From a virus: DNA of 64,000 nucleotides. The DNA lies in IMG/VR virus record IMGVR_UViG_3300045988_084534, positions 37,276-101,275 of that record; one strand, written 5' to 3'. Position 1 is the stretch's first letter. Each line of letters opens with the position of its first letter. The notes under the pieces are model-generated. The model had not been told where the DNA came from and made no database searches. It saw only the letters and a list, made by a program, of their open reading frames with translations. Below, piece by piece: positions 11,138 to 20,561 of the stretch. A program made the translations under genes and the position numbers.

Positions 11138-12809
11138 CACTGACTTTAGTGCGCAATAATAGTAATGTTATTGTGTGTTTATTTGAATTGCTGGAAACCC
11201 CTTAGAGACATATCAACCACAACGTAGCTATGAAATATGGGCAAGCGTGATGGTTTGAAAATGATATAGATTGGGCAATCAGCAGCGAAGCTCCGAATAG
11301 GAGAACGTTCAACGACTATCCTGTTAGAGGGAGTACAACGCAAACGATTGGCGTTGGAAGCGGATAAGACCCTATTATATAGGGTGATGATATAGTCTCA
11401 TCTCATATGAAAGTATGAGGAAAATTGTTTGAGTTCACTTATAATACTATAAAAGCAAGGAGGTGGGTATGTGGACAAAAACAGACAACATTACAAGATG
11501 TCATTGCTTAAATGGTGTGAATCGAATAATAGTAATTTGGTTTACGAATGGGATGAAGCAAATGAAATGGCTATGAACGAGATTGGGTCAAGTAGTGGAA
11601 TAAAAGTGAAATGGATATGCTCTAGGTGTGGTTTTCATTTTGAGCAAAGACCTTCAGATAGGGTGAGGGGGCATGGTTGTCCAAAGTGTGCTAGAAAATC
11701 TCATTCAAGCGTCCCCGAAACGATATGTTATTTGGCTATCAAGCAGTATTTTTCAGATGCGATACATGGATATAAAACCGATTGGCTTGGACGTAAAGAA
11801 TTGGACATCTTTATCCCATCTATTAGTGTTGGCATTGAATATGATGGAAATTCTTGGCATAATAAATCCAGAAAACGAACAGATAATGACAAGACGTGGC
11901 TATGCGCCCAGCATAATATCTTGATCTATCGTATAAGAGAAAACGGATGCGAACCAATGGACGACGAGTCAAATAATATTTATTACAAGCCAAGCAAACA
12001 ATACAATGCTCTTAAGTATTCTATTATAGATGTACTAATGAGGCTTGGACATAATAATGTTGCTTTTGATGACTGGGAGTCGCTTATTAATAAGTCTAAA
12101 TGTGAATTTTCCAGTATTGAAAGAAGTAAATCTATTGGTGTAATAAATCCAGAATTTAGTGCAAAATGGGATTACGACAAAAATTATCCTTTAACGCCAT
12201 ATGATATATTGGCTCATTCCAATCATAAAGTATGGTTAAGATGTGATAAAGGACATTTGTATAAAAGAGCGCCAAACTATTCAAATCAAAAAGAATGCCC
12301 CATATGTATAAATAAAATTGTGCTTGAGGGCTATAATGATTTGGCAACAATAAGACCAGATTTGGCGTTGGATTGGAATTATGATAGAAATGGCGAATTA
12401 AAGCCAACGGAAATAACGTTCGGTTCTAATCGACGTATTTGGTGGAAATGCCATGCTTGCGGAAACGAATTTCAATCATCTCCAAATGCTAGAAAAGATA
12501 ATATGGGACATTGTTCAAAATGTGTGTTCACCAATGGCAATGAAACATTATCAAAAAACAAAGCGGTTAATAATAGTCTTGCTGAGTTTTATCCAGAAAT
12601 CGCAAAAGAATGGGATTATAACAATAATGAAAGAACGCCAGACAATGTTGCAAGGATGTCTGGATTGGAAGCGTGGTGGATTTGTTCAAACGGTCATTCT
12701 TGGAAGGCTAGTGTTCATAGTCGAACGCATGATGGGAAAAAGTGTCCATATTGTAAACAAACTCAAACAATAAACTGCTAGGCGTAGTGAACCTAGTTGA
12801 AAGAAAATG
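11138..12809 (+). mobile_element. Group I intron (td-like) carrying a homing-endonuclease ORF near its 3' end
   Basis: The core GUUCAACGACUAUCCUGUUAGAGGGAGUAC...GGAAGCGG...GAUGAUAUAGUCUCAUCUCAUAUGAAAGUAUGAGG matches the td-like cores of the other introns. The 5' block CCCUUAGAGACAUAUCAACC...GAUUGGGCAAUCAG matches the TMP intron. The tail UAGUGAAC...AAAAUG ends in G12809. Candidate P1 is UGUGU/GCGCA and candidate P10 is CUUUA/UAAAG. Confidence 0.75.
11471..12781 (+). CDS. Intron-encoded putative homing endonuclease: PD-(D/E)XK (Vsr/DUF559-like) core plus four treble-clef zinc-ribbon repeats
   Basis: GTG start after AAGGAGGTG. The nuclease core is ELDIFIPSISVGIEYDGNSWHN. There are four repeats of W(D/N)Y(D/N).N....P......S...(V/I)WW.C..GH.(W/F)......R......CP.C. 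Confidence 0.7.
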   Translation: MDKNRQHYKMSLLKWCESNNSNLVYEWDEANEMAMNEIGSSSGIKVKWICSRCGFHFEQRPSDRVRGHGCPKCARKSHSSVPETICYLAIKQYFSDAIHGYKTDWLGRKELDIFIPSISVGIEYDGNSWHNKSRKRTDNDKTWLCAQHNILIYRIRENGCEPMDDESNNIYYKPSKQYNALKYSIIDVLMRLGHNNVAFDDWESLINKSKCEFSSIERSKSIGVINPEFSAKWDYDKNYPLTPYDILAHSNHKVWLRCDKGHLYKRAPNYSNQKECPICINKIVLEGYNDLATIRPDLALDWNYDRNGELKPTEITFGSNRRIWWKCHACGNEFQSSPNARKDNMGHCSKCVFTNGNETLSKNKAVNNSLAEFYPEIAKEWDYNNNERTPDNVARMSGLEAWWICSNGHSWKASVHSRTHDGKKCPYCKQTQTINC

Positions 12810-13290
12810 TAAAGGAATTTTATGGGGCTGGAATGGTAATGCTAGGTCATATACAGGCGGCGCAAGATATGCTAGTAATGGCGTACCAGATGTTAGCGCA
12901 GATGGCATGATTGGCAAATGTAAGAATGTATCAACCACTGGCTGGGATAAGCTGGAAATTGGCGAAGGGCTATGGATGCCCGGACACTGGGGTCTATATA
13001 TTGGCAATGGTCTAGCAGTAGAATGCACGCCTATTTGGAAGAATGGTGTGCAAATCACGGCTGTTGGCAACATTGGTAATAAAGCAGGATATAATAGCCG
13101 CAAATGGACTAAACATGGAAAATTACCATATATTACCTATGTTCAGCCAGAGCCAGATACAGATGATAAGCATGAGGCGAATAAAGCCAAAGTAAAGGCG
13201 CGATTCGGCTTTACAGACAGCACTATTAAATGGCTTGATTCTTATAAATATAATAAAGACATCATGGACAAGCTGGCTAATAAAGGCTAA
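12810..13290 (+). CDS. NlpC/P60-type cell-wall peptidase (lysin), exon 2
   Basis: Continues KGILWGWNGNARSYTGGARYASNGVPD...MPGHWGLYIGNGLAVE (catalytic His region). The exon 1 plus exon 2 length is a multiple of 3. Confidence 0.75.
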
Positions 13291-13301
13291 GAGGTGAATC
13301 T

Positions 13302-14060
13302 ATGATTATCAATGCAAATCAAGGTGGTGGCGGTAATCTACAAGAAAAGACCGCCACCCCATCTACTGCACAACAGATTATTACCCCAGATAGTCAATAT
13401 GATGGCTTGAGCAAGGTGACTATTGCGCCTACGCCGCTAGAGGAAAAAACCGTAAAATCATCAACAGCGCAACAGACAATCACACCAACATCGCCTAATA
13501 TCGGATTTAGTAGTATTACTGTCGAGCCTAATCTATTACAAACAAAATCTGTGACATTGCCTACTAGCCAGCCGATTCAACCAGATACTGGATATTATGG
13601 ATTATCGGGAGTCAATGTATTAGCGCCACTATATCCATTAAACGTAACACCCACATCAACACAGCAAACATTTAATGTTCCTAGTGGATATTATGGGCAT
13701 GGTACTGTTACTGTTGGAGCAGCACCGCAGAATACGGGTTGGTATAAATATTTAACTCTGACAAACACAACCTCTTTATCTATATCGAATCCGGGAATTG
13801 ATGAAATTCTTATCTGTATGATAATGTCACAAGGAACAAATTTACAATATAACTATATTAAAAGTCTACAAATTGTCGGAGACCAATTCTGGAAGGGAGT
13901 TTCTGGCAGTGGAGAATTTATTAACAGTTCGGATTTTTCTGGTGGTAGTATTTCTATCAATAGTTCAACAATTTCTATTATATTACCACAATATAACGGC
14001 ACACAATTATATTTTAATGACTCATATTGTATAACATTTAGCGGAACTAAGATACCATAA
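13302..14060 (+). CDS. Repeat-containing fibre/receptor-binding-like protein, paralog C
   Basis: Four units (AQQIITPDSQYDGLSKVTIAPTPLE, AQQTITPTSPNIGFSSITVEPN, SQPIQPDTGYYGLSGVNV, QQTFNVPSGYYGHGTVTVG) followed by a unique C-terminus. Confidence 0.6.
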   Translation: MIINANQGGGGNLQEKTATPSTAQQIITPDSQYDGLSKVTIAPTPLEEKTVKSSTAQQTITPTSPNIGFSSITVEPNLLQTKSVTLPTSQPIQPDTGYYGLSGVNVLAPLYPLNVTPTSTQQTFNVPSGYYGHGTVTVGAAPQNTGWYKYLTLTNTTSLSISNPGIDEILICMIMSQGTNLQYNYIKSLQIVGDQFWKGVSGSGEFINSSDFSGGSISINSSTISIILPQYNGTQLYFNDSYCITFSGTKIP

Positions 14061-14082
14061 TTGATAAAGGAGGTCGGTAGAG

Positions 14083-14793
14083 GTGAATATAACATTAACG
14101 GGCACAAAAGTCAAGCTCGATAATCGCACATTAGCATTTGAGGGCAATAATGGCGTTGATGATATTATTGTCACTGTGGACACTGACCCGTCATGGACAT
14201 ATAAACTAGACATTGATTACGCAAATGAGAATTGTTGTTGCGGCGACGAGCATTATAATATCATTCAGCTAAATAGAGAGGGTGATGTGTGCTCGGTTAC
14301 GCTAACAATGGGTATGTTGCCGCATAATGGCAGATATATCATGCAGTTGCGCGGAATCAATGAGGACGGACGGGTGTATCACAGTGATTTATTTGAAGTA
14401 TGGGTAAAGAAATCAATCAACCCGTGGAAAATATATACGCCTGTTCCAAGCGAATTTTTACAAATTGAACAAAATATTACAGAGGCGAATCAGCATCCTC
14501 CTTATCCAGACCCCAATGGTTCAGGCTACTGGATGATATGGAATACTGAGAAGCGGCAATACGAGCTTAGTGATATTCCTATAACAGGTGGGAGTGGCGA
14601 TAAAACTTTTACGTTCGCCCAAGTAACAGCATCGGATACATGGGTTATTCATCACGGATTAAATAAGCATCCGTCTGTAACCGTGGTAGATTCAGGGAAC
14701 AATGTTGTCTTGGGCGCAGTGGAATATGTTGATTTGAATAATTGTATATGTAAATTCAACGCGCCTTTTTCTGGTAAGGCGTATTTGAATTAA
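14083..14793 (+). CDS. Tail-fibre-associated protein, unknown function
   Basis: GTG start after AGGAGG; 236-aa ORF between fibre genes. Confidence 0.45.
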   Translation: MNITLTGTKVKLDNRTLAFEGNNGVDDIIVTVDTDPSWTYKLDIDYANENCCCGDEHYNIIQLNREGDVCSVTLTMGMLPHNGRYIMQLRGINEDGRVYHSDLFEVWVKKSINPWKIYTPVPSEFLQIEQNITEANQHPPYPDPNGSGYWMIWNTEKRQYELSDIPITGGSGDKTFTFAQVTASDTWVIHHGLNKHPSVTVVDSGNNVVLGAVEYVDLNNCICKFNAPFSGKAYLN

Positions 14794-14813
14794 ATAAGGA
14801 GGAAGTATAAATT

Positions 14814-16562
14814 ATGGCTACAAAGAAAATTCTAGCAAATTTAGACCTTGTGCAAAATGAGTTACAAAATGCCGTGATTCAGGTGTTAGCTAGTGACCCT
14901 GCTACTGGCAAATTAGGGCAAATTTATTACAATAGCGCAAGTAAGGCGCTCATGCAATATGATGGTGCAAAGTGGAATAGGGTTGGTGTTGTATATCAGC
15001 AAGAATCAACCACTGGCGCTGTTATTACAGGACTTGATGATGCTGGCAATGTTACCACTACTAATGTAACCGGCTTAACTCTTGCTGATTATACACCTGT
15101 TGAGGGTGGCTATGTCAGCACAAATATGAGTCTAGAGGACGCGCTTAACGCTCTTGATACAGCCGTTAAGAATGCCGTAGCTGGTGGTGGTGAAGAGAAC
15201 CAGAACGCATGGTCTAAAATTTCTATTCCGGCTCAGAGTAAGGCTGATACGGCAGTTGCTGGTCAGCTTGAGGATACAACGCTAAGCTCTGATGCTAAAG
15301 TTGATACGTTCACAATCAAGACTGGGAATAAGTGGATTGATGTCAATGGCTCTGGCAAAACGGTTAATATTGGGCATAGCCTATCTGGCGCAACGGCTGG
15401 TGTATATGGCGCATCAAATACTGTTGCCAAAATTACGGTTGATAAAGCTGGTCATGTGACCGAAGTAAATAACGTAGAAATCACCCCAGAGGCTATTGGA
15501 GCGGCTACTACAGCAGAGGTAGAGGCAGCACAGAATGCGGCTACTGCGGCACAAGCAAGCGCAGATGCAAAGGTGGCTTCTGTCACTGCTACTGAAAATG
15601 GCGGCATTGATATTGGCGGCACTAAGACAGCTCCTACTGTTGGTATCAAGCTAGACCCAACACAGGGAAATGCGGCTACTCTAGGAGCGGCTGGTTTAAT
15701 GGTCACGATCCCAGAAGTAAATATTCCTGATTATACCATTGTCAAGCTAGGCACAGCAACAGAGGGCTATATTGCCACATACCAGCTTCAGAAAGATGGC
15801 GTTCAGGCTGGTGTAAATATTGATATTCCAAAGGATTATCTAGTCAAATCGGCTGAAATCAAAACATCTACAGGTGAGGGCGACCCATCTGGTCTACCTG
15901 AAGGCTCTAAATATATTGATTTTGTCATCAATACTAAGGTCGGCACAGGTGAAGAAAGCCATATTTACCTAGACGTTCAGAGCCTAGTTGACGCTTATAC
16001 AGCTGGCAATGGCATCGAGATTAGTGAAGCTAATGTTGTCTCAGCAAAGGTCGTTGCGGCTAATGGTCTGTCTGTTGATACAGATGGCATTAAGATGGGT
16101 GTGGCTTCTACTACTGAGGCAGGTGCAATGAGCGCGACTGACAAGACCAAGCTAGATGGTATTGATACTGGCGCTACTGCCAACACCATCACCCTGAATG
16201 GCACAGCGACTAAAACTCCTAGCTTCTATGCACCTACTACGGCTGGTACTAAGGGGCAACAGCTAGTATCTAATGGCACAGACGCACCTGTATGGCAGGA
16301 TATGCCAACCAACCTCAAGAAATATACGGCAACTAATGGTGCTATTACGGCGGCTGGTGGTGCATTCTCTTGGACTATTGCTGCCGCTACTCATGGCGTT
16401 TCTAGCCCTATCACAGTACAGGTATATGAGGTGGCAACTGGCGGCATGGTGCTAACAGATGTTGGCGTTGCCGCAAATGGCGATGTGACTATTGGTATTA
16501 ACGACACTGCGTCTGTTGGCACATTGACTGCTGGTACATATCGCGTAGTTATTATCGGATAA
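14814..16562 (+). CDS. Tail fibre protein
   Basis: The N-terminus LANLDLVQNELQNAVIQVLASDPATGKLGQIYYNSASKALMQYDGAKWNRVG is a typical fibre adaptor motif. The shaft is Ala/Gly/Thr-rich. Confidence 0.65.
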   Translation: MATKKILANLDLVQNELQNAVIQVLASDPATGKLGQIYYNSASKALMQYDGAKWNRVGVVYQQESTTGAVITGLDDAGNVTTTNVTGLTLADYTPVEGGYVSTNMSLEDALNALDTAVKNAVAGGGEENQNAWSKISIPAQSKADTAVAGQLEDTTLSSDAKVDTFTIKTGNKWIDVNGSGKTVNIGHSLSGATAGVYGASNTVAKITVDKAGHVTEVNNVEITPEAIGAATTAEVEAAQNAATAAQASADAKVASVTATENGGIDIGGTKTAPTVGIKLDPTQGNAATLGAAGLMVTIPEVNIPDYTIVKLGTATEGYIATYQLQKDGVQAGVNIDIPKDYLVKSAEIKTSTGEGDPSGLPEGSKYIDFVINTKVGTGEESHIYLDVQSLVDAYTAGNGIEISEANVVSAKVVAANGLSVDTDGIKMGVASTTEAGAMSATDKTKLDGIDTGATANTITLNGTATKTPSFYAPTTAGTKGQQLVSNGTDAPVWQDMPTNLKKYTATNGAITAAGGAFSWTIAAATHGVSSPITVQVYEVATGGMVLTDVGVAANGDVTIGINDTASVGTLTAGTYRVVIIG

Positions 16563-16580
16563 TATAAGGAATCTAATTAA

Positions 16581-16618
16581 ATATCCCCATGATTGGGATA
16601 TTGTGGGGATATATTTTT
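16581..16618 (+). terminator. Rho-independent terminator
   Basis: ATATCCCCA(16581-16589)...TGGGGATAT(16604-16612) followed by ATTTTT. Confidence 0.65.
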
Positions 16619-16634
16619 AGAAAGGAGGAATTTT

Positions 16635-16922
16635 ATGAAGGAGACATGGGTATGGAATAAAGCTATCCCGCAACGAGATACAAACTATAGTATTGGTTTT
16701 ATTTCAAATGGTAAAAATTTTAACACGATATATTTTTATGCTGATATAACAAGCAGTATGTCATATGATAGTGTAACGGTTGTAACTGGTACAGAAAATA
16801 TGAGTCATTGGACGAATGAAGCATATCGAACCGTTACATTTTCAACCTCGCCAACAGGCGACCTATTAACATACCTACAAGCTAATGCCACAAAACAATC
16901 TGCGGGGGGGGTATTGGCTTGA
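16635..16922 (+). CDS. Small protein, unknown function
   Basis: The internal ATG at 16635 is preceded by GAAAGGAGG. The longer tracked ORF from 16593 would begin inside the terminator. Confidence 0.45.
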   Translation: MKETWVWNKAIPQRDTNYSIGFISNGKNFNTIYFYADITSSMSYDSVTVVTGTENMSHWTNEAYRTVTFSTSPTGDLLTYLQANATKQSAGGVLA

Positions 16923-17977
16923 AGAATCTATCATCGTATAATCAAGATGTATCTGTACCTCGTAAAAAAGATGTTGATGCAAAACAAGATAAAATAACTG
17001 TCAACGGAATCGTCCAAGGAGATGGCAACGGCAATTTTTCTGCGGCGCAAACGGTCAATGGCGAGACCATCGAATTAAACGCCACCGCTGTTGGGCTTGG
17101 AAATGTTGATAACACGAGCGATGCCAATAAGCCGATCAGCACAGCGACACAAGAGGCATTGGACGGCAAACAGGACAAAATCACCGCCTCCGGCATTCTC
17201 AAGGGCGATGGTGCTGGTGGTGTATCAGCGGCTGTTGCCAATACGGATTATGCTACTTGCACGAATTTGAGGAATGGTAGTGCTGAAGGTAGCATAAGAA
17301 CTATAAGTGCAACAGAGGAAAGCTCGACATATACTATAGGAGGATATGCATTAGCGGAAGGATATGATACACGTTCGTCTGGAAACTATAGTCATGCTGA
17401 AGGATTTAAAACAAATGCTTCTGGAGAATATAGTCATGCCGAAGCATATAGAACAAAGGCTTCTGGTGCACAGAGTCACGCAGAAGGATCTTGGACACAA
17501 GCCTTGGATAGCAGCAGCCACTCAGAAGGGAATCGCACAATAGCTTCCGCTGAATTTAGCCATGCAGAAGGAGATAGTACAAAAGCTCAAGGTAAAACTT
17601 CTCATTCCGAAGGAACAGGAACAATAGCTAATCATCTCTCTCAACATGTTCAAGGTGAATACAATATTCCTGACGCTTCTACTACTGTTGCTACAGAGCG
17701 TGGTAATTACGCCCATATTGTGGGTAACGGCACATCTTCTGCAAGTTCCAACGCCCACACTCTTGATTGGTCAGGTAATGCTTGGTTTGCTGGTGATGTA
17801 TATGTGGGCAGCACAAGCGGCACGAATAAAGATGATGGAAGCAAAAAGCTGATAAAAGAGGGCGATGCTGGATTATTGCCTACCGTTACGACCGCTGACA
17901 ACGGGAAATTCCTGCGAGTAGTCAATGGCGCGTGGGCGGCGGCTACGGTCGATAATGCGAATGGAGGTGCATTCTGA
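16919..17977 (+). CDS. Tail fibre/adhesin-like protein with YadA-head-like repeats
   Basis: Duplicated KQDKIT(V/A)(N/S)GI(V/L)(Q/K)GDG.G..SAA units, then about seven xSH(A/S)EGxxTxAxG repeats (NYSHAEGFKTNASGEYSHAEAYRTKASGAQSHAEG...). The C-terminus is LPTVTTADNGKFLRVVNGAW. Confidence 0.6.
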   Translation: MKNLSSYNQDVSVPRKKDVDAKQDKITVNGIVQGDGNGNFSAAQTVNGETIELNATAVGLGNVDNTSDANKPISTATQEALDGKQDKITASGILKGDGAGGVSAAVANTDYATCTNLRNGSAEGSIRTISATEESSTYTIGGYALAEGYDTRSSGNYSHAEGFKTNASGEYSHAEAYRTKASGAQSHAEGSWTQALDSSSHSEGNRTIASAEFSHAEGDSTKAQGKTSHSEGTGTIANHLSQHVQGEYNIPDASTTVATERGNYAHIVGNGTSSASSNAHTLDWSGNAWFAGDVYVGSTSGTNKDDGSKKLIKEGDAGLLPTVTTADNGKFLRVVNGAWAAATVDNANGGAF

Positions 17978-19386
17978 TGGCAGCACCTGAACCTTCCTCC
18001 ATCATTGAATATCTGACAAACAGCACTGACCTGACAAAGGTCGCAGATGCAATCCGCGCGAAGGGCGGTACAACCGAACAGCTTATCTACCCGGACGGCT
18101 TTGTAACGGCGATTGAGGATATTCCGACTGGCGGCACGCCATCTGAACCGCCTGCGGAGGCGGACATCAACTTTTACGATTACGACGGCACATTACTCTA
18201 CGCGTGGACGCTCGCCGAGCTGGCGGGCAAGACGGCGCTGCCAGACCTGCCGACACGCACGGGGCTGATTTGTCAGGGCTGGAACTGGACGCTGGAAAAC
18301 ATTAAGGCGCAGGGGACACCGATCAATGTCGGCGCGAATTACATCACGGACGACGGCGCGACGCGATTTTATCTGGACATCCCGGAGGGCGGCGTGCTGA
18401 CGATGCCGCTGATGATCGCACAATCGGTATCAGGAGGCGTGACGATCTCATGGGGCGATGGACAGACGGAAACCATCTCCGGCACGGGAAATGTACAGAC
18501 CTCGCACACCTATGCAACGCCCGGCAAGTACACACTCAGTCTCCTGCCAGCAGAGGGCTGTGAAATCAATTTTGGGCATTCTGTTGCCGAGCAGAACGTA
18601 TTCGGAAGCATCAGCAACAATAATCTTGCACTGCAAGCAAATGTGAAAAAAGTGGAGCTAGGGCGTGGATTTTCAGGACTTCGCGCATTCTCGCTCCAGA
18701 ATATGCGGGCGGTAACGTGCATCTCAATGCCTGCCGGAATTACATCCATGAATAGCGCCTGTGTTGCACAGTGTGAAGCGCTGAAAGCGATCGCGCTGCC
18801 AAAAAACCTTACTACACTGGGCGGATCGGTGCTTACTTCGTGCACAAGCCTTGCCGTCGTTGCGGCATCGGACAGCACATATCCAGCGAATAACTTTTTG
18901 AGAGGTGCTTACGCCGCTCATAAGCTCATATTCCGCAAAGCGCTGAAAAGTATCGGAAACCTTGCGTTCCAGAACTGCTATGCTTTGTCTGCGGTGTATG
19001 GGATCGGCAACGTCACAAGCATGGGGAACAATGCTTTCCAAAACTGCCGGAACTTGTGCAATGATCTGCCTGCTCTAAAAATCACAAGCGTTCCGGCGAG
19101 TTGCTTCAGTGGATGCTATTCCCTCAGCAGACTGAGATTCACAGGGGCAATTACCAACATTGCGGCAGGTGCATTCACGAACTGTTATGGCATTATGCTC
19201 TACGACTTTACGGGATGTACCGCCGTGCCGACATTGGCGAACACCAACGCGTTCACGGGTATCAATGCAAATTGTAAAATCCAAGTTCCGGCGTCGTTGG
19301 TGGACGAATGGAAAGCCGCCACGAACTGGGCGACGTATGCAGACTACATCGTGGGTATCGCGCAAGGTGGAGGGAGTGCAAATTAA
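17977..19386 (+). CDS. BspA-type leucine-rich-repeat (LRR_5-like) receptor-binding protein
   Basis: Repeats such as IGNLAFQNCYALSAV..., VTSMGNNAFQNCRNL, ITSVPASCFSGCYSLSRL and ITNIAAGAFTNCYGI. The gene is markedly GC-rich relative to its surroundings. Confidence 0.7.
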   Translation: MAAPEPSSIIEYLTNSTDLTKVADAIRAKGGTTEQLIYPDGFVTAIEDIPTGGTPSEPPAEADINFYDYDGTLLYAWTLAELAGKTALPDLPTRTGLICQGWNWTLENIKAQGTPINVGANYITDDGATRFYLDIPEGGVLTMPLMIAQSVSGGVTISWGDGQTETISGTGNVQTSHTYATPGKYTLSLLPAEGCEINFGHSVAEQNVFGSISNNNLALQANVKKVELGRGFSGLRAFSLQNMRAVTCISMPAGITSMNSACVAQCEALKAIALPKNLTTLGGSVLTSCTSLAVVAASDSTYPANNFLRGAYAAHKLIFRKALKSIGNLAFQNCYALSAVYGIGNVTSMGNNAFQNCRNLCNDLPALKITSVPASCFSGCYSLSRLRFTGAITNIAAGAFTNCYGIMLYDFTGCTAVPTLANTNAFTGINANCKIQVPASLVDEWKAATNWATYADYIVGIAQGGGSAN

Positions 19387-19743
19387 ATGATAATCAGAGA
19401 ACACTACAAAACGCGCAGTGACGGCGTGGAGCTGTATAGGACGTATTCGGACGCAGGTTATCTCATCCGGCAGGTGGAAACCGGCGCGGAATACTCCGAG
19501 GCGATTGATATTGCGGACGCGCCATATACCTACACGGAAACGGACAAGCCGGATGTGAGCGGCATTGAGCCGATCCCCGCAGAGCGCGGCATGGAGTACA
19601 CCTATGGGCAGTATTACGCCGACCCGGAGGACGGCGCGCTGTACCTCTGCGGAGTGCCCGGACAGGAGAGCACAGGGACGGTCGTGCTGGACTATCTGCC
19701 GCATGAGCTAGTTGGACAATATTTCGAGGCGGTGAAGCAATGA
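19387..19743 (+). CDS. Small protein in the GC-rich cassette (possible fibre chaperone)
   Basis: 118-aa ORF directly after the LRR gene, with the same high-GC composition. Confidence 0.45.
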   Translation: MIIREHYKTRSDGVELYRTYSDAGYLIRQVETGAEYSEAIDIADAPYTYTETDKPDVSGIEPIPAERGMEYTYGQYYADPEDGALYLCGVPGQESTGTVVLDYLPHELVGQYFEAVKQ

Positions 19744-20213
19744 ATATACTTGGAGTAAACGGAAAGCCTGTTGTGGTGGGCGGTAAGGTCATTTTGCCGC
19801 CGAGTGGCGTGGACGTGAGATTGAATGCTATTACACCTGAAAGATACCAGTATGTTGAAGATGAGAATAAAGCCACTTTAGATTTGAGTGGATTGATTAC
19901 GGGCAACTATTTTATATGCTTTTTTAGTTTTGAAGGAATACAAAGAATCAATGGGAAATCCGTGGAAATCACTATTTCATTTCAATCTATGGGTTCTAAT
20001 TTTATGGGTGGCGCTATTCGTGGAACAGGTGTGTTTTTCTATCGTGATGGTTCTAATGGAGCTGCATCGATAAACGCTTACTTGGAAAGCGGCAGCGATC
20101 ATGTTTATGATATTTCTAACGACTTTACAACGTTGTTAGATTCTGAAGGTTATATCATGGCAAATTGTAGGATAGATCAAGTGAATGCTTCTTATGTAGT
20201 CAGTTGGAACTAA
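19740..20213 (+). CDS. Hypothetical protein
   Basis: ATGA overlap with the upstream gene. Composition returns to AT-rich. Confidence 0.45.
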   Translation: MNILGVNGKPVVVGGKVILPPSGVDVRLNAITPERYQYVEDENKATLDLSGLITGNYFICFFSFEGIQRINGKSVEITISFQSMGSNFMGGAIRGTGVFFYRDGSNGAASINAYLESGSDHVYDISNDFTTLLDSEGYIMANCRIDQVNASYVVSWN

Positions 20214-20237
20214 TAGTGGAGAGGAAGGTAATATAAT

Positions 20238-20561
20238 ATGTCTACAACACAAATTATTAACATTATTGTAGCAGTTCTTAGTGGACTAGCGGCTTGTATT
20301 CCACTAGTAGTTAAGCTAGTAGAATATGTAAAGAAAGCCACCCAAGAAAAGAATTGGGCTGGGCTACTTGGACTAGTTATGAAGTTAATTGCTCAAGCAG
20401 AGCAGAAATTTACTGATGGCGCGACCCGTAAAGAATGGGTTATGGCTATGGTTCAGACAAGCGCAGAATATGTAAATTATCCATTAGATACTCAAGCTCT
20501 AAGCAATATGATTGATGAGCTAGTCAAGTTGACCAACAAAGTTAATGTTGACAAGAAATGA
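20238..20561 (+). CDS. Holin-like protein (LL-H-type layout)
   Basis: 107 aa with an N-terminal TM helix (IINIIVAVLSGLAACIPLVVKLV) and a charged C-terminal part. Preceded by GGAGAGGAAGG. Confidence 0.5.
   Translation: MSTTQIINIIVAVLSGLAACIPLVVKLVEYVKKATQEKNWAGLLGLVMKLIAQAEQKFTDGATRKEWVMAMVQTSAEYVNYPLDTQALSNMIDELVKLTNKVNVDKK

Noticed and set aside
11673-12773. Internal alternative-frame ORFs (11673..11924, 12156..12407, 12453..12773) within the intron endonuclease gene
   Set aside because: They are fully nested in the 436-aa ORF, whose repeated zinc-ribbon motifs validate its frame.
18193-19906. Cluster of - strand ORFs (62-209 aa) antisense to the LRR gene and its neighbour
   Set aside because: They lie in the GC-rich cassette, where stop codons are rare in all frames. 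Their products are Arg/Pro/Cys-rich low-complexity sequence, and they have no RBS. They overlap a well-supported + strand gene.
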